Origin: Deltaproteobacteria bacterium
Lineage (GTDB): Bacteria > Desulfobacterota > Desulfobacteria > Desulfobacterales > Desulfatirhabdiaceae
Assembly (NCBI GenBank): GCA_037129415.1
Contig: JBAXVB010000001.1
Span: 1,047 to 65,046 of the forward strand
Direction: 5' to 3'
DNA length: 64,000 bases
The notes under the pieces are model-generated. The model made no database searches. It was not told where the DNA came from and saw only the letters and a program-made list of their open reading frames with translations. The translations under genes were made by a program, and so were the position numbers. Shown piece after piece: positions 1 through 7,628 of the stretch (position 1 is the stretch's first letter; each line of letters starts with the position of its first letter).

Positions 1-286
1 TCCATGGAAAATTATCAATTTTTAAAATAGATTCCCATTTTTCATGAGCTTCAAGATTATCTAAGTAAATAGAACGCCATTCTTTGTACTTAGGTATTAA
101 TATTTTTGGATCAATCATAAAATCAATATTGCCAATATTCTCTGCTCTCCATGATCCTATCCATTTTTCAAGATCATTCTCACTTAAATCTTCCCAGAAT
201 GATAAAGGATATGTCTGCAATTCATCCCATAAAATGGGATCAAGCGATGCCAATTCTCGTGTTTGCTCCTCATAATTTCTGTCCAT
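1..286 (-). CDS. hypothetical protein, N-terminal part (runs off left edge)
   Basis: Open frame from ATG (comp. 284-286) to the window edge: MDRNYEEQTRELASLDPILWDELQTYPLSFWEDLSENDLEKWIGSWRAENIGNIDFMIDPK... It is absent from the ORF track because there is no stop inside the window. It overlaps ORF 184..444 in another frame. Confidence 0.35.
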   Translation of the reverse strand, partial: MDRNYEEQTRELASLDPILWDELQTYPLSFWEDLSENDLEKWIGSWRAENIGNIDFMIDPKILIPKYKEWRSIYLDNLEAHEKWESILKIDNFPW

Positions 287-444
287 ATTTGCAATGATAT
301 GGCGAGACGCATTCCATATGGTGATAACTTTACTTTATGTTCTTTATTATGAGGCAGGAGGCCCTTTTTTACATATTCAAATAGATCCATTTCAAGAATT
401 TTCCAGCGTTCCAGTAACTCTTTCCCTGAAAACCATCCATACAT
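184..444 (-). CDS. hypothetical small protein; its N-terminal ~35 aa look HTH-like and it may be the 5' part of a frameshifted gene continued by 1..286
   Basis: ORF-track 86 aa. 'GKELLERWKILEMDLFEYVKKGLLPH' looks like a DNA-binding helix pair. The C-terminal half looks non-protein-like and overlaps the better-looking frame of 1..286. Confidence 0.3.
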   Translation of the reverse strand: MYGWFSGKELLERWKILEMDLFEYVKKGLLPHNKEHKVKLSPYGMRLAISLQIWTEIMRSKHENWHRLIPFYGMNCRHILYHSGKI

Positions 445-615
445 ATTTCACCCCCCTATATCATTGCTTTTTTATTTGATCCATTGGTTATTGTTTGAAG
501 CATGCATATCCGCACGGTGATTTTATTCTATGCAATATTGGCTTTAATAACAAATAGTTAACCCTAAAATCTGATCAAAAATACTCATAACATACTGGAA
601 TACTTAACAAAAACG

Positions 616-641
616 AACATATTCAATTTATTGAATATGTT
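616..641. repeat. 26-bp palindrome (aacatattcaat tt attgaatatgtt)
   Basis: Perfect 12-bp arms read directly in the sequence. It lies in the intergenic region upstream of the minus-strand gene starting at 444. Confidence 0.7.
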
Positions 642-907
642 TAATTTCAGACAGTTATGTCGTAGAACAAAATCACCGTGTGCATATCCGGTTGACACAG
701 GTTGATAATTTGGGGTATCGTTATGATGGTGCGTATCACCCGAATAGAATCGGTAAGATAAATGTACCTTTCGAAGGCGCTCGGATACATACGGATTCTG
801 ATGAATCAGATACACCTATGTTAACATTGTTTCAAGAATATTTTATTATTTCAGGATGCAGATATTACTGGAAGGTTGGAAATAGGGTTGGAAATCATTT
901 TTAAGGA

Positions 908-943
908 ACGAAAAAAGGGTCACGTTTTTCAACGTAACCCTTT
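908..943 (-). terminator. rho-independent terminator that originally followed tRNA-Glu
   Basis: Minus strand reads AAAGGGTTACG-ttgaaaaa-CGTGACCCTTT followed by a U-run. It lies immediately 3' of the displaced tRNA-Glu 3' fragment (955-1000). Confidence 0.6.
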
Positions 944-954
944 GTTATCATTGG

Positions 955-1000
955 TGGTGGTCCCAGCGGGGATCGAACCCGCGTTTCCGGCGTGAGAGGC
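955..1000. repeat. distal att repeat: 46-bp copy of the tRNA-Glu 3' end
   Basis: tggtggtcccagcggggatcgaacccgcgtttccggcgtgagaggc is identical to 31997-32042. Identity stops inside the anticodon stem. Confidence 0.9.
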
Positions 1001-1050
1001 TGAGGCTGAGCGTATTCCACCTATATTTACCGCACATTAGAACCCTCGAA

Positions 1051-1088
1051 AGCCGTTTAGAGCCGTCAAAAGCCGTCTAAAAAGCCGT
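1051..1088 (+). promoter_or_regulatory. four phased AGCCGT(C/T) direct repeats, candidate arm-type recombinase/Xis binding sites
   Basis: agccgt occurs at 1051, 1061, 1071 and 1083 (10-12 bp phasing). The same motif occurs twice at the other island end (31931, 31943). Confidence 0.4.
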
Positions 1089-1223
1089 CAATCCACCCAT
1101 ACCAGGAGAGCATCCTGTCTCATTTCACACCCCCACCACATCCAGTGTTTTTCGATAAAAGACGAGGTCAGAATAGGGCAGTTTATAAAGGTTATGAACT
1201 GGAACAGTGTTCTCGCATAACAT

Positions 1224-1251
1224 ATATAATAGTATATATATACTATTATAT
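1224..1251. repeat. perfect 28-bp AT-only-rich palindrome
   Basis: atataatagtatat|atatactattatat read directly in the sequence. It lies ~230 bp inside the island end. Confidence 0.8.
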
Positions 1252-1628
1252 CGTTATCAGCATTGCTTAACTCAGTTTGCTGAAAATGCTGGTTTGAAAT
1301 TCTACGTAACTTTTCATTTTTTTCTCTGATCGGTGGTGACTTTGATTCAATAGATAAAAGACAACCAGATATTATAGTGATGCCTAAAAACTGCAATCGT
1401 TTTTTAACCATCTGATATTAATTGGTATAATTGAAAATCGGTGTTTGCTAAAAACACTAACCAACTGATATAATTGAATTAAACACAGCATTGCAGCTTT
1501 GAGGTGATTAATACAGCTTTTTACCAAAAATATGGGTTGAAATCTTGATAAGATTGATTTATAATAATTTGAGAAGTTTAATGTTTTTGAGTATTTTTAA
1601 ATCCTTGATAACCGAATTTTAATCGGAG

Positions 1629-3239
1629 GTGATATTGGGCATCCGCTATTTAGAGGGAAATAACAAGGACATTCTTATTATTGCCCCGCATGGTTCCTAT
1701 GAAACAAATGAAGGAATAATAAAATACCGAAACGATTTGCGGACAGGCATTATCGCCGAGGAAATACATAACATCCTAGACTGTTTCACCATTATCAACG
1801 ACGCTTACATCAGACCTGATGAGGATAATAACGAAACGGCGAGCCCCAAGGACAAAAGGCTTGACCTATTCAAGGTGAAACAAGCCAAAGAGGTTCCTGG
1901 TTATTTAAAAGCCATACAAGACGCTGTTGATAATCACGATGGTAAGACGCTTGTCATCTGGCTTCACGGAATTTTCGACAAAAACGCCGATAACGAGAAA
2001 ATTGAGCACGTCAAAGCCAAGTTGATGAAAAAGGGCGGCGGTGATTTACACGCGCTTATCGGATATGGTCAGGGGAAACCTTCTAGCTATACCGCCGAAC
2101 AAAAAACTGTTGAAAAAATCCGAGATGAATTAACAAAGCTGGGACTCAGAACGCTTATCACAAGGAAGGATGCTGGAAATTACTGTGGGTGGGACACGGA
2201 CAGGCTCAATCAATGGTTTCTCATCAACAAATATCCGCTTGATAAAGTCCAATCATTTCAGATTGAAATCCGTTATAAGGGCTTCCGTGAAGATGCTGAA
2301 CAATGCCAAAACACCGCCAGAATAATAGCAGGTGCCATTTCAGCGACACTGGAAATGAAGCCTATCGTAATGGAGGGAGCCGTGGAAACTCAACTTGTCG
2401 AGCCAACAATACCAGATGAAAACACGACCGAAGAAACAGTGGTAGCGTTGACCCTTTCCCAGGAAGAGGCGACGGCTTCAAAGGTACCAGCAGAAAACAC
2501 CGCCAAGAAAAGCTTGGACAAGAATGAAGATGATGAAGCAGTGGCAGAAACTGCCTACATATGGTTGACGGACCAGTTTAAAAAGCATATCACTAATTTT
2601 ATGCATGAAGCTGGAAAATATATCATAAAAAACTTTTACAACAACGACCCTATGCTTGCTTTCGCCAAGAACAAAATAAGCGAGCAACCGCCAAGTTTGA
2701 ACCTGCTGATTAAAAAAATACAGCAGTCTTCAAAAAATCCTTCTGAAAGTGCCCCATCCGTAAGCTGGTTCTACAAGGCAGTAAATCTGGCTGCTCACGA
2801 AGCAATTTGTAAACAGATGGGATTGTCAACGTTTACAATCCTCGGACATAGCCACAAACTTCAACTGCTCTATGTGCCAAAACTCAAATCGATTCAGGCA
2901 GATATGTTAGACAAATCCATCACTCCAGCCTTCCAAGAAAAAGAACGTCTTGCTATAATTGCCCATGAGAAGGGGTTCTCAGTTCGTGACTTCAAGAAAT
3001 ACATTGATGGTCAGTACCCAGAGGAAACAATCGATCTGACAGCATTACCGTCAATGGCTGATTTGCAGTCCCTTGGTCCGAAGAAGCTGGAACGCCTGCG
3101 GAAAACCACCCAGAAAAAGATTGAAGACAGCCAGAAGCTGATCGCTGCTTACACCGCCTCTTTAATGGATCTGGATGCCGTACTTGCTGAAATTCACTGC
3201 GCTGCCGCCGAGGGGAAAGATCAGAAAAAGAAGTGTTAA
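1629..3239 (+). CDS. two-domain protein: N-terminal N-formylglutamate-amidohydrolase/PghP(DUF867)-like hydrolase fold plus C-terminal ParB-HTH-like region
   Basis: 536-aa ORF with a GGAGG RBS at 1625-1629 (start GTG 1629 or TTG 1635). N-terminal motifs 'ILIIAPHGSYETNEG', 'LVIWLHG' and 'QIEIRY' are arranged as in FGase/PghP enzymes. An acidic linker follows. The C-terminal 'GHSHKLQLLYVPKL...EKGFSVRDFKKYI' resembles ParB HTH segments. Confidence 0.5.
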   Translation: MILGIRYLEGNNKDILIIAPHGSYETNEGIIKYRNDLRTGIIAEEIHNILDCFTIINDAYIRPDEDNNETASPKDKRLDLFKVKQAKEVPGYLKAIQDAVDNHDGKTLVIWLHGIFDKNADNEKIEHVKAKLMKKGGGDLHALIGYGQGKPSSYTAEQKTVEKIRDELTKLGLRTLITRKDAGNYCGWDTDRLNQWFLINKYPLDKVQSFQIEIRYKGFREDAEQCQNTARIIAGAISATLEMKPIVMEGAVETQLVEPTIPDENTTEETVVALTLSQEEATASKVPAENTAKKSLDKNEDDEAVAETAYIWLTDQFKKHITNFMHEAGKYIIKNFYNNDPMLAFAKNKISEQPPSLNLLIKKIQQSSKNPSESAPSVSWFYKAVNLAAHEAICKQMGLSTFTILGHSHKLQLLYVPKLKSIQADMLDKSITPAFQEKERLAIIAHEKGFSVRDFKKYIDGQYPEETIDLTALPSMADLQSLGPKKLERLRKTTQKKIEDSQKLIAAYTASLMDLDAVLAEIHCAAAEGKDQKKKC

Positions 3240-3777
3240 GCAGCCATTGACAAAGTGGAAGACGGACATGTTGAAAAAATGAAAGTCCACAAACAACTGG
3301 AATGGCACAAGGTTTTGAAATGTAAAATGCGTCCAATTTATGTGACAGATCAACGATAATCAGCGTTACAGCCAATAGTGTGTGTAACAAGCACCCGTAA
3401 ACTGTAACGGTACCGTGACAGTGTAATTACAGTTGACATGAAATTACACCTGAAAGTGTCACAAAATTGCTGATAGTATAATATAGTTATGATTACAGTA
3501 TGATAAAGCAATACATTTTTTCCGTAACAGGAAATCGTCTTTTCCAGTGATTCGGTATGCCGTCATCGAAATAAATTGCTCCAAACTCTTTGAAATGGTA
3601 ATAAATTACAGAAAAAAGGACTCGAAATAATGAACGTTTTATGATACTGGCACTATTATCTGTTCCTTTTTTCTGGTCTCATTTCAGTTTCACTGGTCAA
3701 TTTTGTACACCATCGCTTATAGATGCTCCGATAGCATATACTGTCCATTTCTTTTACTCTTCTTTGTTGTGGATTAA

Positions 3778-6700
3778 ATGACATATAACTCGAACACACT
3801 GAATTCTGTAACCGGCACTTGCAGTAATCCACAATGTAATGCCTCATACGATATAAATGAAGCCCAGGAACAGGTTATACAGAGGGGGCTGGCTCTGGCT
3901 TACTGTGATGATGTCGTATTCCAGGTCATCGAATGCCGTTATCCAGGATGCCGAGGCAAGGTCGTATTTCGCAGCGATACTGCCAGCCCTGCCCTCGACA
4001 TGCGGGGGCTGCTGCTCGTCCCGAATCCAATCATGCCTTGCAATGCGAGAGAGCAGGCGCAAATTTTGAGAAGCTACTATAATTGGCATGATTATCTGAA
4101 GTTCCAAATTGTTACCGCATGGGATGAATCCGCAGTTAGTATCAGCGAATTCATTGACGATAATTATGTTGCCCCATCAAAACTTTCATTCCCGCCCGAA
4201 AACGAATATATTGATGATATCGATGACTTCACGTACGAACCATTTACATTTACGGATTCGTCTATAGATTTTCACGAAGAATTCATATCTGAACCAGAAA
4301 TTCCAGATAACTCTCGGCGTATGTTAACAGAGTATATTTATGCATCTTTGTTTATGTCAGAAGAGAATTTTTATACTTCTTTGGACAAAGAAGAAACCAA
4401 TAGTACAATCATACTGCGACGACTGCTTCCAAACACACTGAAAAACAATAACTTGCTGACCTGTTTGGCACCAAGTAAAATCGACGAAATCTTCTCTCCA
4501 GATTATTCCAGTTCCAATTTATATGGCTGCGGCACCTGGAATTTAACGATAAAACCGAAGCTATGGAAATCCATTTTAGAAGAAGCCGAAGGAAAATCTT
4601 TCGAGGATGCCGTTGTTGAAAAACTCGTATCCATTGGGATCGAGCCTCCAAATCTGTTGGAAATTGCCAGTTCGGTTGGTCAGCAGCTATTGTCTAAATC
4701 ATCACACTCAAGAGATCAACTTTGGGATATAGTATTTGAAAAAGGTTTTGATGAGAACCTTGGGGAATTTTTTAAGAAGGTGTTTCGGTCAATATGTTAT
4801 CCAATATGCACGGAATTTGCCCTTGCAAATCAACGGAAAGAACTGTTGAATTGGGCAAATGAAGTGGAACAGGGCAAAGCCCTATTTGTCGATGCCCCAA
4901 TGGGGCTTGGGAAAACCCATGCAATCGTTGAAGTCCTGGCTCCTGATCCAAATCTGTCTGCGGTCATTTTCATGCCAACCAACATGTTGTGTCAGGAAAT
5001 AATAGAAAACCTTAAATCCAGGATTTGTTTACAATATAAGGACCCTACCCGGAACCTATGGCACGATAGGGAGCAAGTAATAGACAATAACGGCAACCCC
5101 GTATTTGAGGATGATGGCTCATACCTGTACAGATTTAAAAGGACCTTTCTCAATAAAGAAGTTTATTATGCCGATGGAATAAATCCAAAGGAATGCCCCT
5201 ATTTCGATGAATTCGTGAAGCGGTATAAATGTGGTCTGTTCACCAAAATTGATGTGTGCGGTGATTGTGAAAAGTTTTTGTTTGAAAAGACCGATAAAAT
5301 AGCCTGTCGGTTCAGAAGCCACCATTTGCTTGCACCCCTCTCTCGGATTGTGGTTACAACTCACCAGCAATACCGCAATTTCTCTAAACAGTCCTCAATT
5401 TGCAAATGGTTCAAAAATGGTGAAAAAGAAAAAGGTATCGATAGAAGCTTTTTCATTGTGGACGAAGATATTGTCTTTTCGCAGTGCTATGAGCCTACTT
5501 GCCTGGATAAAGAAGGACTAAAGAATTTTATTGCGACCATAACCGATTTCATGGCAAACCCTGAAAATCTTAAAGGCAATCCAGTTCCTGAAACTGCTAT
5601 CAATAACATAGACAGAATACTCGCACAATTTGAAAAATGTGACAAATCATCAGTGGTACCGGCAATCGATCCTGAATTTAAATTACCCAGTCAAATAAAA
5701 AATGTCTGGGAAGAAGTATTCAATACACAAAATGTGGAAGTGCCAGAAATACTTGCTTCACCAGAACCGATAGGAAACTATTTAGAAATTATTGAAAAAG
5801 CAATATGCAAAGGCTTTGCAGTTCAAAACTACGAAGCAAAATTTAACAATTCGGGCAAGATTGAAACCAGGCAGGTCAAAAAAGCATTTCTTCCAAATCC
5901 GAATACCTATGACCTTAAAGAATTGCCTCCGCATGTGTTCTTTGACGGTACGATGCTCAATGAAAAGTTTTTGGCGAACAAACTAAAAAATGTTGAATTC
6001 AAGAAAATCAAAATAACGATCAAACCGATTTGGAATATAAACGTTCGGCAAAACATATGGACTGACTTGCCGAAATACAAGATTTCCCATGACAGAAAAA
6101 ATGTTGAACAACTTATAAGCGATTTGTTTAGGCAGTTCGGAAACAAAGCTAAATATTTTATTGTGACAAAAAAGGGCATAAGAGAAGAGTATTTGGATGA
6201 GTTTCTGAAGTCAAAGTTTTACAATATAAATTATGTGATTAACCATTATGGCAATTTGCGTGGAGAAAACAGAGCCGAGGATTGTGACATAGGCATCATG
6301 CTCGGAAGCTATGCTCCATCAGATGCGGTTGAAATAACTATGGCTCTGGACTTTATTCAGGACAAACTAACGCCAAACAGAATCATTACCTCAAAAAATA
6401 ATTTATGGACTTTCAGCAATACCAATTTCCGTCGCGTATATAGCGATGACTTTGCGATAGTTGGCGAAATGGCTGATGCATACAGGCATTCAGAGCATCG
6501 CCAGGCATTAGCCAGGACACGATACCTCTTTCATGATGTAGATTTTTTCATCATCTCAAAGGACTTGGTTTCTGACTATGACCCATTTTTGCCCGAGCCG
6601 ATAGATTGCCAATATCGGACTGATTTGTTCGATGGACGATCCCAAAGACCAGAAGCCAAAGAAAAACTCGAAGAGGTTGTGGGAAAGGTCTTTGAGTGGC

Positions 6701-6879
6701 TGAAAACGCACGATACAGTCACGGCAGCGATGATTTTCGAAAAATACGCGATAAGAAGACAGACAGTCGGCAATAAGCTGAAAGAAATGTATGCCAATGG
6801 GCTATTAGAGTTGGAGAAAGGGAAAAAGACAACTTATAGGCTACCCGCTACGGATGGAAATGGACAGGATAGCCTATAG
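3778..6879 (+). CDS. Zn-ribbon + SF2 helicase of XPD/DinG (Rad3) type with Cys cluster + C-terminal winged helix
   Basis: 1033 aa. The N-terminus carries CxxC...CxxC (CSNPQC...CRYPGC). Walker A is 'FVDAPMGLGKTH' and motif Ia is 'FMPTNML'. Five Cys (CPYF, KCG, CGDC, ACRF) lie between Ia and II. 'IVVTTHQQY' is followed by 'FIVDEDI' (motif II). 'HRQALARTRY' is motif VI-like. The C-terminus 'RRQTVGNKLKEMYANGLLELEKGKKTTYRL' is wHTH-like. Confidence 0.65.
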   Translation: MTYNSNTLNSVTGTCSNPQCNASYDINEAQEQVIQRGLALAYCDDVVFQVIECRYPGCRGKVVFRSDTASPALDMRGLLLVPNPIMPCNAREQAQILRSYYNWHDYLKFQIVTAWDESAVSISEFIDDNYVAPSKLSFPPENEYIDDIDDFTYEPFTFTDSSIDFHEEFISEPEIPDNSRRMLTEYIYASLFMSEENFYTSLDKEETNSTIILRRLLPNTLKNNNLLTCLAPSKIDEIFSPDYSSSNLYGCGTWNLTIKPKLWKSILEEAEGKSFEDAVVEKLVSIGIEPPNLLEIASSVGQQLLSKSSHSRDQLWDIVFEKGFDENLGEFFKKVFRSICYPICTEFALANQRKELLNWANEVEQGKALFVDAPMGLGKTHAIVEVLAPDPNLSAVIFMPTNMLCQEIIENLKSRICLQYKDPTRNLWHDREQVIDNNGNPVFEDDGSYLYRFKRTFLNKEVYYADGINPKECPYFDEFVKRYKCGLFTKIDVCGDCEKFLFEKTDKIACRFRSHHLLAPLSRIVVTTHQQYRNFSKQSSICKWFKNGEKEKGIDRSFFIVDEDIVFSQCYEPTCLDKEGLKNFIATITDFMANPENLKGNPVPETAINNIDRILAQFEKCDKSSVVPAIDPEFKLPSQIKNVWEEVFNTQNVEVPEILASPEPIGNYLEIIEKAICKGFAVQNYEAKFNNSGKIETRQVKKAFLPNPNTYDLKELPPHVFFDGTMLNEKFLANKLKNVEFKKIKITIKPIWNINVRQNIWTDLPKYKISHDRKNVEQLISDLFRQFGNKAKYFIVTKKGIREEYLDEFLKSKFYNINYVINHYGNLRGENRAEDCDIGIMLGSYAPSDAVEITMALDFIQDKLTPNRIITSKNNLWTFSNTNFRRVYSDDFAIVGEMADAYRHSEHRQALARTRYLFHDVDFFIISKDLVSDYDPFLPEPIDCQYRTDLFDGRSQRPEAKEKLEEVVGKVFEWLKTHDTVTAAMIFEKYAIRRQTVGNKLKEMYANGLLELEKGKKTTYRLPATDGNGQDSL

Positions 6880-7102
6880 GGTGACTATATAGGGTATGGT
6901 GTCCATATTTATTTTTGGGCATCGGCAGAAATTGGAGATTACACTTTGAAAGCCATTTTATGTGGCATCAAACACAGTATCTGTCGCATGAAATAGCAGT
7001 AAAAGAGCTGTAATGACAACAAAAGACATCAAAAAGCCTGACCAGTAAAATGGTTGGACTTTTCTTTTTTCTGGTTGCTACAACTTCATACCGCACAGCA
7101 TT

Positions 7103-7231
7103 TCATCGAGATTTTTCCAGGACGAACTTGGCGACCTCTTTGTAAAACTCTTTGGAATGGTGTTTGTGTTTGATGTGAGCCAATTCGTGAACGATGATCT
7201 GGTTCCTGGTTGATACTTCGAATTCTTGGAC
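7103..7231 (-). pseudogene. remnant of a DUF45/YgjP-type (M48-like) metallohydrolase
   Basis: A stop-to-stop fragment with no start codon translates as VQEFEVSTRNQIIVHELAHIKHKHHSKEFYKEVAKFVLEKSR*. It contains the family's HELxH..H.HSxxF signature only. Confidence 0.5.
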
Positions 7232-7245
7232 TTAATCTGGATTTT

Positions 7246-7443
7246 TTATTTCGTTAGTTCCTTCAGTATCTTATGAATCCATGTAAAAACAGAGTCATCA
7301 GCAGCTTCAAATTCTGCTTCTAATTCTGGGTCCAGGATTATCATGCAGCTATCACAACAAACCCTGTCAACGTTGTTTTCTTCATCACGATCATAATTTA
7401 TTGCACCAGTAATTGTTTGCCTACATATATCGCACCTATCCAT
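7246..7443 (-). CDS. small Cys-rich acidic protein (zinc-ribbon-like)
   Basis: 65 aa with CDIC...CCDSC. It is the last gene of the minus-strand array and is preceded by repeat copy R1. Confidence 0.5.
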   Translation of the reverse strand: MDRCDICRQTITGAINYDRDEENNVDRVCCDSCMIILDPELEAEFEAADDSVFTWIHKILKELTK

Positions 7444-7531
7444 TCTGTTTCTCCTTTCATTTTGGTTGAAAGTTATAAATTGAATATTGTAAAAATAAAT
7501 TAATTTGATCTGCTGAGATTGAATGCCGCTT

Positions 7532-7628
7532 GAATTGACATTTGAGCAATGAACAAAAGTCGTATATGGCTTCTGCCTGATACGGTCTTTAAATGCTTCT
7601 CTACAAGGTTTTTTTCATCGGAATCTAA
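7532..7628. repeat. intergenic repeat element copy R1 (~100 bp)
   Basis: gaattgacatttgagcaatgaacaaaag...ggtctttaaatgcttctctacaaggtttttttcatcggaatctaa aligns along its length with R2 (9420-9525) and R3 (12895-12995). Confidence 0.85.

Noticed and set aside
585-904. ORFs 585..815 (minus) and 680..904 (plus)
   Set aside because: They overlap each other in an AT-rich intergenic region full of dyads and have no RBS or motifs.
1088-1411. 107-aa ORF with a lipoprotein-like start (MVKKRLQFLGITIISGC)
   Set aside because: It has no RBS. Its middle translates the 28-bp AT palindrome (IIVYIYYYICY) and its 3' end runs into the AGCCGT repeats. At most a short N-terminal peptide could be real.
3162-3390. 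Minus-strand ORFs 2992..3390 and 3162..3353 at the end of the first cargo gene
   Set aside because: They are antisense to the well-supported 1629..3239 frame and have no start context.
7513-7531. Possible sigma54 promoter (minus strand GGCATTCAATCTCAGCA; similar at 10597 and 11416)
   Set aside because: The GG-to-GC spacing is two nucleotides longer than the canonical TGGCAC-N5-TTGC, and no enhancer-binding protein gene is nearby.
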